A stretch of DNA of 63,348 nucleotides, filler included, from Stramenopiles sp. TOSAG23-3 (GCA_900128585.1; 8 parts of 8 records of this genome joined end to end with filler, not necessarily neighbours in it), one strand, 5' to 3'; shown: positions 19,301 to 30,900, counted from the first letter of the whole stretch. Numbers and translations are program-made. The notes: generated from the sequence alone by a model not told the origin.

Positions 19301-22300
19301 CTTGCTTTTCACAGATTCCATCTCCCCTTTAATCTTTTCACTTTCTTTAATTAGCTGCGCATACTCGGCTTTGTAAGTGGCAATAGATGATTCCAGCGTG
19401 GATATTTCCGCAGATAGTTCCTCATCACGCTTGGTCAATTCCATGTTCTCTTCGGCCAGCTTCTGCACTTCCATTTTCAAAGGCGCCACGCGATTCGCAA
19501 TCGCCGCGTACTCTATTTGTGAGCGAAGCCATTTGTAGAGTGGACCGCAGGCTTTGTTCGCTCTCGAAACTTTCTCAAAATTGAAACCATCTCTCTTCAG
19601 AAACTTGTTTTCCACCAACTCTCTGGTCTCTGTCATTAAAGTTTCAGACTGGAAATCAACCACACTTGATATGAAGGACCCACCTCGTAAGTAACCACGA
19701 ATGGTACCCCATGGAATTTCTTTCTTTGGGTCAGACTCTCCGCTAACCAAGCAGATAACTGCCTCTAGGGTAATTTTGACTGCAGGCGGCGGATTCCCCA
19801 TAGCTTTCATCTCATCTAAGTGTCTTCTCTTGATGCTACGGACTGCTTCTTGAGCTTCCAGCAAAGCGGGCTCGGCTTTGGCAAGGTCACTCTCTGCTTC
19901 CACCCTACGTTCTTCTACCACTTTATTTCTCTCATCAAGTTCAGCCTTTAACTTCAAAGATTCTGTTTTTCGGCGCTCTGCTTCATTTTGGTCCTTTACC
20001 ATTTGTTGCAAAGTCTCATTTGCCTGGGCGTTTTTTTTTGCTAACTCACTCTCTTTTGCAGCGAGACCCGTTTTTAGTTTAGCGACATTTTCTGCTGTTT
20101 CGTTTAATTTCCCCAAACCAATGGCCAAATGCCGTTGCTCCTCTTCTAGCTCCGATCTCTTCTCTTCGTAGATGGATATCATGTGGGAAATAAAGTCCAG
20201 GAAATCGCGCGGAGAGACTATCTTTGTTTTCTCTTCTCTCACTATCTCGTGAAACTTTACCAGGGACTTAACAACTGCTTCGTCGTTATCTCCAACATCC
20301 ACAAATTTGGTAAGTTCCCTGCCTACATGCTCAAGAGCAGTAACCGACCAGTTTCCAAACCAGTCAACAACGCATCTATTGAAAAGAGCTGGGGACGTGG
20401 CAGACCTGCTTTTGAAGTCACCGCCAGCCGGGTTCATAGTAAAAACTATATGAAGATTGTTTTGCACATTTTTGGTAAAAAGACGGAACAATTCCTCGTC
20501 CGAATCAACCATACTGCTGGTGCGCGCTCGCATTTCTTGCATTAAAGCGCTTAGTTCATCGTCTTCAAACAGCCCCGGAACCTCGCCACTAGCAAGCAAC
20601 GCATTCATGTGCTCCAGAAAAGCACTGTCGAGGACATTTGACTCGTCAAATATAAAGCATATTTTCTCATCTTCACAGCCAGCTCTCTTCATAATATTCC
20701 GTAAATCAACATCAAAATCTTCAATGGAATATTTTCTTGTTAACTTGATCTGGAAAATACTTAAGCCGTTCATCCAGGCACAAAATTTAGATAGCACAGT
20801 TTTCCCTGCACCACTTTCGCCAACAAGGAGCAAGTGCCCCAGAGGCTGCCGTAAAACACGATCGATGCGAAGAACATGGTCTAAAACTTCATCGAATACC
20901 ACCAGTTTGACATCCAATTCCTCTTCGTAAAATGTGCGAAGTCTTGCTTCCACGTGCTGTCGCAATGGGTCCGCCTCTACCTCTTGATACCTTTTACTGA
21001 GCCAATTAGAGTACAATATTGGTCGAGCGATGCATTCGGGGTCAGCTCCTGGAAAGTGAGACATTGCAATTTGATCAAGTTTCTTCGAGCACCATTCCTG
21101 CTCTTCAGCTGTGGTTAATCTATCAGCAAACAAGCGTAACCCTTCATGAAGCCATATGCGGACCAGATCCTCTAGGACCATATCTGCATTCTCCTTGATA
21201 GCTTCATAAAGAGCTCGCACCCACCTACTCAACTCTCTTGGACTGTAAATGTAATGTGGCTGTGCAGAAGGCTTGAAGTAAGCACGGTTTTCGACGTAGG
21301 TTTCAACCATTGCTTCCGTGAGAGGGGCGCTGTAAGACCGTAAGTTGGGCTGTAATTTTAGCAGCGCACGACTAAAGGTGCCGTATATTTGACCCAGTGA
21401 CATTGGAGAAGGGAAATCAACGAAGACCAAGGGGGCATGCCGTAACCAGCGATTTGACATGGTCACACGACCAGGGTCTGTAGGGGGGTTACAGGCTCCC
21501 ACGAATTGTATGCGCTGTAAGGAAACCCAATCATTCGTTTTTTCCCTCCAAAACCCTTTGCGCTCAGTCAATTGGCGCAGAAAAGTGATCACACGTTGGG
21601 TTCCGTAGACATCATTGACAGGCAAGTTGATTTCGTCGCAGAATATTACTAGCCACTTTCCTGGAGCGGTCGGACTAAGGACAACTCCGTCACGGGTTGA
21701 ACGATAATCACAGTATTGGTGAAACGTTTTCAGAATCAAATCTGGAGTTGTGCCACTGGAAAAGTTCAGCGCAGCTAACATTAAGTCTGGCATTGCTTGC
21801 AAAACAGACGTCAGTGTCATGGTTTTCCCAGAGCCCGGCGGACCGCAGAGAATGAGTGGTACGTGCTTCGAAAGCCAACTTTGCAATACTTGAACGTGAC
21901 GAACAGTGTCAACAGTTGGAATAACAACATCAGTGGACAATACTTTGTGACTTTCAATGTCCATCAAAGGGACGCTAGATTTCCAGGGTCTCCACTCGCC
22001 ATCTTCAATATTTACTTCATAGTCTAAAAGAGTTTCTTCCTCCTTTAACGTTGGCAAATTGCCATGCCAACGCAATGCAGCTTCTTGTGCAAACTTTGTT
22101 CGAGATTCCTGATTCAGGGAACCCCCGAACCCCCAAAGCATTGCAAAGAGCAGCCACTTTTGAAGAAAGTTATTTCTATGCTCAATTTCCATCGGAAAGT
22201 CAACATGAGTATCATTGTACTCTTGAACTAGATCTTGTCCGTGAGACAACAGAACCATCATAGAATGCAAAAGTCGTATACGGGTAGGTTCCATGACGTG

Positions 22301-25300
22301 AACCATTTCCATGCTATGCTCCAGCAATATCTCAATTATACCACCATCTTCGAAACAGTCTTTCATGAAGTCTAGGTCTAAACTTGAAGATCGTACGTAT
22401 TTCTTGATCATCATGGAGGCATTCACAGTACCCTCGCTAAACCATACCATACCACACCGACTAACAGTTGCGAGAGTGGCATACCGAAGGGTCTCCGTCT
22501 CAAACATTATTCGTACGTTTGAAGGAATCGGCAAGCGTTCACCATTCGGTAAGGTTAGAATCTTGTTATCATCGAGCACCGAATTCAAATTTTCGGCCCA
22601 CTCCGGATCCACATCTCCGTCAAACACAATCCAATGTCTTTTTGAAGATTCGCCACGAACGTTGCTCAAAATAGCACGCAAAATGGAGGTAAACACTCCA
22701 TCACTCCATTCGTAAGTTGTTTGATCAAGAGACCCGTACAGTTCATCTTTACTGTTCAGTGCTTTGGCATCGATTACGTATGATTCTCCTTTGATTCCAT
22801 CCATGGCTGTCATGGCCTCAAGTAGAACAGCCCAAGCCGAGCTTTTACCCACACCTGTTGGTCCAACCATCATGACCCCGTGACGCATGTTCTGCACTTG
22901 ATACAATTGAAGAATTTTAGTGATCCACAGCGGAGAATTTTCCAAGTTCTTTGCGGCACAAAGCTCTTCTAGTTTTGCGGTTAAACTCTGGTTTTGAAAT
23001 GCCTCCAAAGAGGCCCCGGGGAACACCCCCTCTAACAAAGATTTGAAAACTTTAATGTCTTCGGCAATGAGCTTTGGAATGACAGTCTCCAGTGCACTTT
23101 GAATCATGACATTAACTTCGTCGCTATCTAATTGTTCCCGTTTCAAGTCCCCAGCGCTTACAAGGACACTTTTTAGTGCCCTCAAGCCGAAGTCATAATG
23201 CGGCTGTTTGGATAATTGGTCCAGGCACAAGTCAAAGAGCAAGACAACCTTACTTGCAATACTTTCGGCTTGTTTAAAGCCTTGAGAAAACATGATCACC
23301 TCAGCAATCAGCGTAAAGTCAGGCTTCATCATCGCACAACCACGGAACAAAAGCTTCAGGTTGTCGGGTAAGTTTGATCGCCCAGCGTAGCCAGGATTCA
23401 TAGTGACGAAAATGCCGACATCTTGATGCAGAGAGACACTACGTCCTAGTAGTTGAATATCACGAGCATGTTCTTGAAGACCAGTTTGAATCGCTAATAT
23501 TTGCTGGGAAACAGCGGACAGCATCCTTTCTTCAAGGCGATTGAACTCGTCAAAACAGCCCCAAGCCCCAACTTGGCACAGACCAACAAAAATTCGCCCC
23601 ATTGCTTGAAAATCGAAGCTTTCGTCGCAGTTAAATACAAGTACGAACCGACCAAGCTGGGCCCCCAAGGCTTTTACGGACTCGGTTTTACCAGTTCCAG
23701 CTGGCCCGAACGGGTTGCCCCCAAGACGATAGCTCAGAGCCTGGGTTAGAGTCAAGTAGCAACGATCAGTGAGAGGTGTCTGCACAAGTCGTTCACCAAC
23801 ACCCAAATATTCAAAGCCGTAAAAAAAGGTGGAGTTTGCACAACGAACATTCAACCTTCTGAGAATGTTTTCTTCATTAGCAAAATAGTAGTAGCGGAGC
23901 TGCGCAAGCCATTGAAACTCTTCCGTGTCTTTGGCGTTCCCTTTGTTCAGGGCTCGTGTGGTATCCCTCTGATGCACCAATTCTGTAATTAATTGTTCAT
24001 ATTTTTTCCGCCGATCAGACTTCACATTACCGAGAACCTTTTCTGACAGCTTTTCTAGTACAAATTCAATACGTTTTAGGCATGCGCCGAGACTGGATAT
24101 ACTCTTTTCTACGGAAATGGACCATTGCACTTGGGCCGACAAAATTATAATCTGAGCAGGAAATTTGTGAACCCATTCCATATACTTTTCCATTTCTACA
24201 GTTTCCTCTTTTTCACCCAAATAACCAAAAGATTCATCCAGAAGAGACGCTAAAGTGAATCGCATGACCTCCTCGACTGATCTAAGGTAGTCGTTAACAA
24301 TTGTCTTGGGTTGGATTACGATCGGATTTTTCATGCCGACAAGCTCTCCCTCCTTTGACAGCATTCCAGACACGGTTCTCTTGTCATCTCCATCTAATTG
24401 CAAAGTAGTGATACCCGCAAACATTTTCCCAATATGTTTCAAAATTTTAACCGGTTCTTTGCCATTACCGATAATTTCCAGCAAGTCTTCATCTCCACAA
24501 AAATAAAATCGGGGAAAGCTGGCCCTCTGCCGTTCCAGGTACTCCCCGAGCGCCTTTTGTACATTGTTCAGTAGTTTCAGTAGATGGTCTAGTTGGCGCT
24601 GTAAGTTGGGGATTGCTACAACGTCAAGTACTTCGGGTTTTCGACTAACCTCCTGTGTTAACTTCACAAACTCTAAGTCAATTGAACGAAATCGCGTGTA
24701 CTCGTTTGGAAGCTGTAGCTTAATATCTGCGCTGCCGTAAAATATTCCTTCCAAGTAAACCCACCGTCGCTGGACGTCAATCCAAACGTCAAAAATTAGC
24801 CTTACTTTTTCTAATTTTTCTTCCCACGACTTTGCTTCATCCTGAAAAACCTTATAGTAAGGGCTCTGCTTCATGGATGAAAGCGCACTCAGATTATCAT
24901 CCAACTTGGAAAACAAATCATCCCAGCCCTTTACTAACCTACATTTATTCTGGTAGTTGACCAATTCAAGCTGGTTAGTGCTCCAATATTCTTTCAATTC
25001 TTTCAAAAATTCTTCCAACGCCATTTCCCCCTGTGCGGTTCGTATAATGTCTTTGATGGCAGTCTCCTTTTTTTTCAGCGGAGAATCCAGAAGTTGCCCT
25101 AAGACCAAACGGTTGGGAGATGCAACATCCAACGTAAGAATTTTGATGATCAGCTTCCAATGCCTATCCTTTACGGCGTCTGACTTAACTTCCGTAAGTA
25201 GCAAACATACGCTCTTGTAATTAGTGATCATGGTGTACAAGTGCCGGTACGCTTCGTACTGTTGAATGCGCCCGGGCATTATGTCCATTTTTTTCTTGAT

Positions 25301-27832
25301 TGCATCAAGCGAGGACCTACACTTTCGAGGAACAAACGCTGTCCACTGCATTTCTTTGACAACGTCAACCTCTCCCCATATGTCACCGAGGGCAGACCAG
25401 ACTTCCTTAAACCCTTTTAACTCAGCTACCATCGGTTCCACACGTACGTCACGCGGTGAATCCAAACCTAGTGCCTCAATCGCGCTACGAATATTTTGAT
25501 AGTCTTCTTGCAGTGCTTTGAGACGCAGATCGAATGAACCGAGAGTCCTAAGGGCTTCCGAAGGATCTGTGGAAACAAGCAGCCGTTCATTGCGCTCATT
25601 TTTCCAGTCCGTTTCTGTGTCTTTAATACGAGTCTCAATCCGTCGGTCTTCGTCAAGAATTCGTTTTTGCAGCTGTGGTACCTGGGAGTCCATAACCTCA
25701 ACCTTCCTGGATAGGATTTGTTGAAACGCGTCCCATTCCCCTTCTATATTGTCAATGTACAACCAGTCTTCAGGGAAACGAAATCTTTGGGCAGCCAAAA
25801 GCTTCTGGCTAGCCCTAAACATATTCAGTTCGCGCTCCAAATCGTCGAAATCTCTCTGGACTCCTCTTACCATAGTCACAAAAGAGACTACTTCTTTCGT
25901 ATCGGCGTCTAAACTTTTTTGCTCCAACTGAGTACGGGAACTCAGCAGCTTCTTGTGAAATTCTGACATCTTTTTCCCCAAAATACGACCGAAGCGAGAG
26001 AGCATATCTTGATGCCATGCATCGTATTTGTCACCAACCTTTGATTGAACGCTTTGGTAATTTATGACGAGGGAACCAATGACCTTTTCCGTTTCTGAGT
26101 TATCGAAAGTTGAGCGGGCCTCCTTCATTTCTACTAGGACTTGATGCCACTTTTCAATCGAATCACCCATTTTTTCCACCACTTGCTCCGGGTGAAGATC
26201 CCACAGGGCCTGGTATCGGAGCCAAACGTTAACATATTCCCTCAGCGAAGCCATGGACAATTCAATTATTTCATACACCTGGTGGAAAAGGCTTTTATTT
26301 ACCCTCTGCAGCAACGAGTAGTAGATGTTTTTTTTTGTCCGCTCAACTGCATCCAACTCATTTCTTCGGTCCGATGTACTGCGGAACGCATCGTCATATA
26401 TGTTGCTTTTAATACGCCTTTGGGACACTACTGCCCTCAAAACATTCTGAAATTGGGCCATCCACTCAGATCTACCGACCTCTAATGCTGGGCTTACTTG
26501 CAAAATTCGATTCCGCAGGATTATTTCTAGTTCGATAAATGCTTTTTGCTCCTTAAAAATCTTCATTTGAGACGTTATGCTTTGACTCCGAGCATCCTGA
26601 GCAGGAGCATTTAGGTCATCGTTAGAGTCTTGAGAGGCTGTTCTTAGCCGATTATTCTCCTCTTTGTAGGAAAGTACCCACCCCTCTATCGCAATTTCTA
26701 ATCGTGATAAAAGAATTTTTTCGACCTTTTTATCGAGGCTTTCGGTCCAACTAGCCAAGTTAGAGTATTCTGCAAGGTTCATTTCGTCGATGTATTCCTG
26801 TATTTTCGCCAAAACCGTCCCGAAGTCATCATGGCCGAATGGACACTGATCGAGCGCCGTAAGCTGACTCTGTATGGCCTTATCTTTTACTAGTAAATCG
26901 GAGACTTGATCCTGTAGGGCATATATCTGCTTGGACAAATCCTTAACGTACTCTTCTAAAGATTCCGAGTCCCATTTGATATGTTTATTGAATGCTTTTG
27001 CCAGTGTCACCTGGACTGATTTCTTTATTTTGGCTGTAAGCACGACTATATCGGCGCTCATTCTCTTGGAAATTTGTTTATACGTCCGTAACGTCTCTGT
27101 TAGGGCCATGGCATACGGATATCGCTCTTTCGCCTCATCTGACATAATTTTAACTGTGTACGGGACCCGGAAACCGTAGTGATCCGTTGCTAGCCAGGAC
27201 AGGTTACGAACTTCTTTAAAGAGCGTAATGATCTCTTTGTTGAAGCTGACACACAATTCAAGGTTCTTGGAAGATCCGCCCGAGCTTAATTTAATGACAT
27301 CAAATATACGCCCACCAACTTCCAAATTGGACGAGACTTTAATTCTCTCGAGCCAATCGTTGAAAATAGGCTGGGTGTCCAGCTTGCGTTTGAACCCGTC
27401 GCACGTAGATTTTAACAGGCGGCCATCAGCGTGTGTTTCCCAGCCTGACCCCAATACCGCTTCAACTCTCTGAATGTAAAGGTCCAACTGCCGTTCGATT
27501 TGCTTTGCCCAAATTATTTTTGCAGACATTGGAGGCAGATCTCGCAGGCCGCTCATGCGCTCAGTCTCACTTGCCGAGTAGTGACGTTTGAACTTCTGTT
27601 GCAAGGCATTGATATCGTCTTTCACGGTTTGAATTAAATCGGTTTGGTGCTGTTGGATAGCCCCGCGGATGCGCTGACGAAAGAAGAGAGCATTAAATTT
27701 CGAAAATACTCGAAACTTTTCGTCGCCGGTCTTCGCCGATGCAAGCAGATCGGTCAGTGTCGCGGTTATGTCCGTTTCTACTTTGTCAATCCTCAGTTCG
27801 TACTGCTTTTTGGCAGATTCCCAAGCTTCATC
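16310..27832 (-). CDS. DYNC1H1: Cytoplasmic dynein-1 heavy chain, 5'-truncated at the contig edge, intronless, with a C-terminal SAP-like extension
   Basis: P-loops GPAGTGKT, GPTGVGKS, GPPGSGKT, GESGAGKT; WGCFDEFNR; WIDVQRRWVYLEGIF; stalk/MTBD. Frame stays open from 27625 to the contig end (...FRVFSKFNALFFRQRIRGAIQQHQ...). Confidence 0.97.
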   Translation of the reverse strand, partial: DEAWESAKKQYELRIDKVETDITATLTDLLASAKTGDEKFRVFSKFNALFFRQRIRGAIQQHQTDLIQTVKDDINALQQKFKRHYSASETERMSGLRDLPPMSAKIIWAKQIERQLDLYIQRVEAVLGSGWETHADGRLLKSTCDGFKRKLDTQPIFNDWLERIKVSSNLEVGGRIFDVIKLSSGGSSKNLELCVSFNKEIITLFKEVRNLSWLATDHYGFRVPYTVKIMSDEAKERYPYAMALTETLRTYKQISKRMSADIVVLTAKIKKSVQVTLAKAFNKHIKWDSESLEEYVKDLSKQIYALQDQVSDLLVKDKAIQSQLTALDQCPFGHDDFGTVLAKIQEYIDEMNLAEYSNLASWTESLDKKVEKILLSRLEIAIEGWVLSYKEENNRLRTASQDSNDDLNAPAQDARSQSITSQMKIFKEQKAFIELEIILRNRILQVSPALEVGRSEWMAQFQNVLRAVVSQRRIKSNIYDDAFRSTSDRRNELDAVERTKKNIYYSLLQRVNKSLFHQVYEIIELSMASLREYVNVWLRYQALWDLHPEQVVEKMGDSIEKWHQVLVEMKEARSTFDNSETEKVIGSLVINYQSVQSKVGDKYDAWHQDMLSRFGRILGKKMSEFHKKLLSSRTQLEQKSLDADTKEVVSFVTMVRGVQRDFDDLERELNMFRASQKLLAAQRFRFPEDWLYIDNIEGEWDAFQQILSRKVEVMDSQVPQLQKRILDEDRRIETRIKDTETDWKNERNERLLVSTDPSEALRTLGSFDLRLKALQEDYQNIRSAIEALGLDSPRDVRVEPMVAELKGFKEVWSALGDIWGEVDVVKEMQWTAFVPRKCRSSLDAIKKKMDIMPGRIQQYEAYRHLYTMITNYKSVCLLLTEVKSDAVKDRHWKLIIKILTLDVASPNRLVLGQLLDSPLKKKETAIKDIIRTAQGEMALEEFLKELKEYWSTNQLELVNYQNKCRLVKGWDDLFSKLDDNLSALSSMKQSPYYKVFQDEAKSWEEKLEKVRLIFDVWIDVQRRWVYLEGIFYGSADIKLQLPNEYTRFRSIDLEFVKLTQEVSRKPEVLDVVAIPNLQRQLDHLLKLLNNVQKALGEYLERQRASFPRFYFCGDEDLLEIIGNGKEPVKILKHIGKMFAGITTLQLDGDDKRTVSGMLSKEGELVGMKNPIVIQPKTIVNDYLRSVEEVMRFTLASLLDESFGYLGEKEETVEMEKYMEWVHKFPAQIIILSAQVQWSISVEKSISSLGACLKRIEFVLEKLSEKVLGNVKSDRRKKYEQLITELVHQRDTTRALNKGNAKDTEEFQWLAQLRYYYFANEENILRRLNVRCANSTFFYGFEYLGVGERLVQTPLTDRCYLTLTQALSYRLGGNPFGPAGTGKTESVKALGAQLGRFVLVFNCDESFDFQAMGRIFVGLCQVGAWGCFDEFNRLEERMLSAVSQQILAIQTGLQEHARDIQLLGRSVSLHQDVGIFVTMNPGYAGRSNLPDNLKLLFRGCAMMKPDFTLIAEVIMFSQGFKQAESIASKVVLLFDLCLDQLSKQPHYDFGLRALKSVLVSAGDLKREQLDSDEVNVMIQSALETVIPKLIAEDIKVFKSLLEGVFPGASLEAFQNQSLTAKLEELCAAKNLENSPLWITKILQLYQVQNMRHGVMMVGPTGVGKSSAWAVLLEAMTAMDGIKGESYVIDAKALNSKDELYGSLDQTTYEWSDGVFTSILRAILSNVRGESSKRHWIVFDGDVDPEWAENLNSVLDDNKILTLPNGERLPIPSNVRIMFETETLRYATLATVSRCGMVWFSEGTVNASMMIKKYVRSSSLDLDFMKDCFEDGGIIEILLEHSMEMVHVMEPTRIRLLHSMMVLLSHGQDLVQEYNDTHVDFPMEIEHRNNFLQKWLLFAMLWGFGGSLNQESRTKFAQEAALRWHGNLPTLKEEETLLDYEVNIEDGEWRPWKSSVPLMDIESHKVLSTDVVIPTVDTVRHVQVLQSWLSKHVPLILCGPPGSGKTMTLTSVLQAMPDLMLAALNFSSGTTPDLILKTFHQYCDYRSTRDGVVLSPTAPGKWLVIFCDEINLPVNDVYGTQRVITFLRQLTERKGFWREKTNDWVSLQRIQFVGACNPPTDPGRVTMSNRWLRHAPLVFVDFPSPMSLGQIYGTFSRALLKLQPNLRSYSAPLTEAMVETYVENRAYFKPSAQPHYIYSPRELSRWVRALYEAIKENADMVLEDLVRIWLHEGLRLFADRLTTAEEQEWCSKKLDQIAMSHFPGADPECIARPILYSNWLSKRYQEVEADPLRQHVEARLRTFYEEELDVKLVVFDEVLDHVLRIDRVLRQPLGHLLLVGESGAGKTVLSKFCAWMNGLSIFQIKLTRKYSIEDFDVDLRNIMKRAGCEDEKICFIFDESNVLDSAFLEHMNALLASGEVPGLFEDDELSALMQEMRARTSSMVDSDEELFRLFTKNVQNNLHIVFTMNPAGGDFKSRSATSPALFNRCVVDWFGNWSVTALEHVGRELTKFVDVGDNDEAVVKSLVKFHEIVREEKTKIVSPRDFLDFISHMISIYEEKRSELEEEQRHLAIGLGKLNETAENVAKLKTGLAAKESELAKKNAQANETLQQMVKDQNEAERRKTESLKLKAELDERNKVVEERRVEAESDLAKAEPALLEAQEAVRSIKRRHLDEMKAMGNPPPAVKITLEAVICLVSGESDPKKEIPWGTIRGYLRGGSFISSVVDFQSETLMTETRELVENKFLKRDGFNFEKVSRANKACGPLYKWLRSQIEYAAIANRVAPLKMEVQKLAEENMELTKRDEELSAEISTLESSIATYKAEYAQLIKESEKIKGEMESVKSKCDRAETLLKSLSEEQDRWEDGSTTFQTQMSTLVGDVLLASAFCVYSGFFDHRKRTNLMQFWGDQLEDSGIAVKENIELTEYLSKGSERLTWKANGLPDDSLSVENGIILQRFDRYPLIIDPSGQASEFLLRQNSDRKIKTTSFLDAAFMKQLESALRFGTALMVQDVENIDPVLNPVLNREFQKTGGRTLVRLGDQEIDFSPSFLMYMTTRDPFFKFSPDVSSRVTFVNFTVTPASLESQCLGKVLKAERPDIDKQRSDLLKLQGEYQARLRELESILLQKIASVEGTILDDDKVISALEILKTEAREIGEKSANAAEVMTSVNEVSSFYQPVANACSTLYFSIEALGKIHHLYQFSLMFFLGGLDSVLAVRGHENLMLEILKKTYSNTSRGMLSEDKLTLAVRVAQIVSNPDEDLFDLLLNSGAAPTEDCEDKLFLEMMTARRDCPHELPKAAEAWVEQVMGENIVRGKEFDLATVVETESSAKTPLLLCSLPGYDASGKVLEIAKNKKIKSLSMGSGDGFALAEKYVLTAAKDGSWVLLRNIHLCPKFVVRLEKQLYSLRPSKSFRLFLTAEVSPNIPQSLILLSQSFVFEPPSGVKASLLRSLQSVSVEQMNHAPAERSRVYFLLMWFHAVVLERLQYVPIGWSKAHEFSSSDQVCGMKAIDEWIDRTANGRVHVAPEEIPWDALRTVLGQSFYGGRVDNKFDQALLDSFLETLFTAESFNKGFQLCEGLLAPDGTKHADFAAWVEKLSPINPPTWLGLSASAEKIILANRGDRIMKKVSVLQDSSLLEEEESSGSESKLETIISKNIDGAKKFQSEMMRTRQSKADLEKVSLGNLALKVTFSESAPASSEASMFVVDGLKIEGAKVVGNVLVLTEEPTSKLPLAIFSWEKDSEAASSAVPVPLYYDVDRHTLVTTVRIEGSSGTNSTQFLQRGTAIVACDAAILNGPGGEASETAVDYSVLSYNELRSLCKKKGLSAGGKKVELLERLSNAS

Positions 27833-27932
27833 NNNNNNNNNNNNNNNNNNNNNNNNNNNNNNNNNNNNNNNNNNNNTTAATTAATTAANNNNNNNNNNNN
27901 NNNNNNNNNNNNNNNNNNNNNNNNNNNNNNNN

Positions 27933-30900
27933 CGGGCAATGGGGGACAAAGAGGTGTTTCCAGATCCATGGGGCGGCCCGATTCCACGATCGTTCTACAA
28001 GATTGCCATTAACCCAGTGTTTAATTACTCAATCACCGGCATTATTGTACTCAACACAGTTGTAATGGCCATCGAGTCTTACCCCGAAGACCCGACGATT
28101 GCAGGCATTTCATATGCGCTGAACCTGCTCTTCACCTTTATCTTCGTCGTTGAGATGATCATAAAGATGATTGGGCTCGGCTTAAGGGGCTACTGCAGTG
28201 ATGGCTTCAATATATTTGATGGAACGGTCGTTACCATTAGTCTTGTCGAATTGGGCATTGCCTTATCCGGCGGAGGAAGTGGCGGAGGCCTTGCCATTCT
28301 AAGATCGTTGAGGTTGGTTCGAGTGTTTAAATTGGCCCGTTCCTGGCCCGATCTACAGCACTTGCTGAGGACCATCTTAACCAGTTTGATGGACGTAGCT
28401 AGTGCTTCTGCGTTGATGCTCTTGGTTGTCTTCATCTTTGCACTGTTGGGTATGCAGTTCTTCGGGGGTAAATGGACTCCAGATGCATTCGGTGGAGGCT
28501 GCGAGCGGGTGAACGCGACCGTTTCCTGCGAAGGGGACGACGTTCCAAGGGCAAACTTTGACGACATTGGATGGTCCATCATCACGGTCTTCCAAGTCCT
28601 TACCGGAGAGAACTGGAACGACCTGTTGTGGTCGGGTGCTGCGGCAGGACATTACAACGACGGGACGGCTATTTTGGGAATTGGATATTTTGTAATCCTG
28701 AACTGCTTCGGAGCTTACATGATCATGAACATCTTCTTGGCAATTTTGCTAGCAGGGTTTGAGGGAGGTGACGACGATGACGAGCTTGAGGACGAGGATC
28801 CCGCGGGCGACATCAACTCTGCCAAAGTAGCGCCGGCGCCACAAGAGAAGTATGAAGTAAAAGATGGCGAAGATGGGGATGGTGAGAGCGACGTCTCGAA
28901 GAGGAAGCATCGTATTGGTGGGCGAACGGATATTGACACTGCAAATGCTACCTTTCACGCAAACACGCTCGTTGATATTCGCGAGTCTGAACCAGAAATG
29001 GTCCTTGCCGGCTATGCTTGTGGGTGGTTCAAAGCGGACAGCCCACTTCGTATCAAGATCTTCCACTTTATTTCCAATCCGAAATTTGATGCGTTTATCC
29101 TGGCATGCATTGGGATCAGTTCCGCCTTCTTGGCGATGGACGAACCGTGGGTTTCTGTATGCGCTTGCTTTGAGGGTATCGAAAAACAAGATATCCCTGT
29201 GTGCTACGATCAGTCCCGCTCCATTCCCCGATCCTTTGCCAGGCTGTTTCCGAGCGGGCCAGTCGAGGGGAACAGCAGGGGCTACTACGAGTTCTTGGTG
29301 TACAGCGATCTGATCGTAACAGTAATATTTTTCTTTGAAATGGTGCTGAAAATTCTTGGTTTGGGCTTGGTCATGGGAAAGCACTCGTACCTTCGAAATC
29401 CATGGAACCGTTTGGATTTTGTTATCGTTTGGGTCGCACTCATTTCCATAGCCACCGGGCCGATAGTGACAGGATTCTGCTCTGGAAACTCTGGTCCTGC
29501 AGTATTGAAGGCCTTGCGGGCGTTCCGTGCTTTGCGCGCGCTTCGTCCGCTCCGCGTTGTCCGAAGGTTTCCGGAACTAAAACTGGTGGTCAACTCCATC
29601 TTCAAAGCCATGCCCCAGGTCCTGAACGTGTGCATGGTAGCGATGCTCTTCTTCCTAATATTTGCAATTATGGGGGTTCAGTTTTTCAAAGGAAAGATTG
29701 CCCTGTGCAACGATGGTGAGATGGCGACCGAAGCCTTATGCACCGGATCATTTACGATTTCCGGGAGTGATTGTGGGATGCTTCCAACAGGTGCGGAACA
29801 GGACCAATGCCTCCTTAACGGAGACACTGGTGTTTCGTTCCCAAGAGTGTGGCGATCGAAAGCCGTCAATTTCGACAATGTTGGCAATGGACTCGTCACG
29901 ATATTTGAGATCGCATCTGGAGAGATGTGGCCAGATATTATGTACGACACTATCGACGGTGTAGAACCAGGGAAAGCCATGATGGAAAACTACGACCGAG
30001 GGTTCCCCTCGGTATACTACGTTCTGGTGAACATTGTGTGCGCAATGATTATGATCAATGTGTTTTGCGGCGTGATAATCGACAAGTACAACGACATGAA
30101 AGAAGAAAACGAGGGGTCGGGCTTGTTGACAGTGGACCAACGTCTTTGGGTCGAGACGATGAAACTTGCGATGACTGGACGGGCGCAAAGCACGGCCTTG
30201 CCCCCAAAAAAAGGGTGTGGAATCGTTCCATTGGGCCTTCGTAAGAAAATATTTGACTTTGTAACCCTCCCAGCCTTTGACTACACCATCATGGCATGCA
30301 TTGGGATTAACACCCTTTTCATGGCGTGCAGGCACGCTGACCAGGGCCCCTTCATGGACAATTTGTTATCTACCGCGAATTTTTTATTTGGAATTATCTT
30401 CACTATAGAAGCAGCCATCAAGCTGATTGGGCTAGGAGTTTCCCAATACTTTGCCGAGAACTGGAACCGATTTGATTTCACTTTAGTGGTACTCTCCTGG
30501 CTTGGCCAAGTTTTCACCATTGGAAGCTTTGCCTCGTTGTTCCGTGTCCTTCGAGTAGCGCGTATGGTTCGTCTGCTGAGGAAGAACCGCGGGTTGATGG
30601 ATCTGATTACGACCGTCTTTGCGTCCGTTCCAGCCATGGCAAATGTTGTGCTTCTTCTGGTATTGATGATGTTCATTTTTTCTGCTATTGGTATGAATCT
30701 CTTTTCGAATGTAAAGCATGGCGAACTGCTGAACGAGGATGCCAATTTTATGACATTTTTCGCAGCGTTTAACACCATGTGGCGTATGTCTACCGGAGAG
30801 AGTTTCAATGGTATCATGCATGACTTGCGCATTGCCGAGCCTTACTGCTCGACATCCGCCGGGGGCGCGGTTGACCCAACCGAAGGCAACTGTGGAGTCG

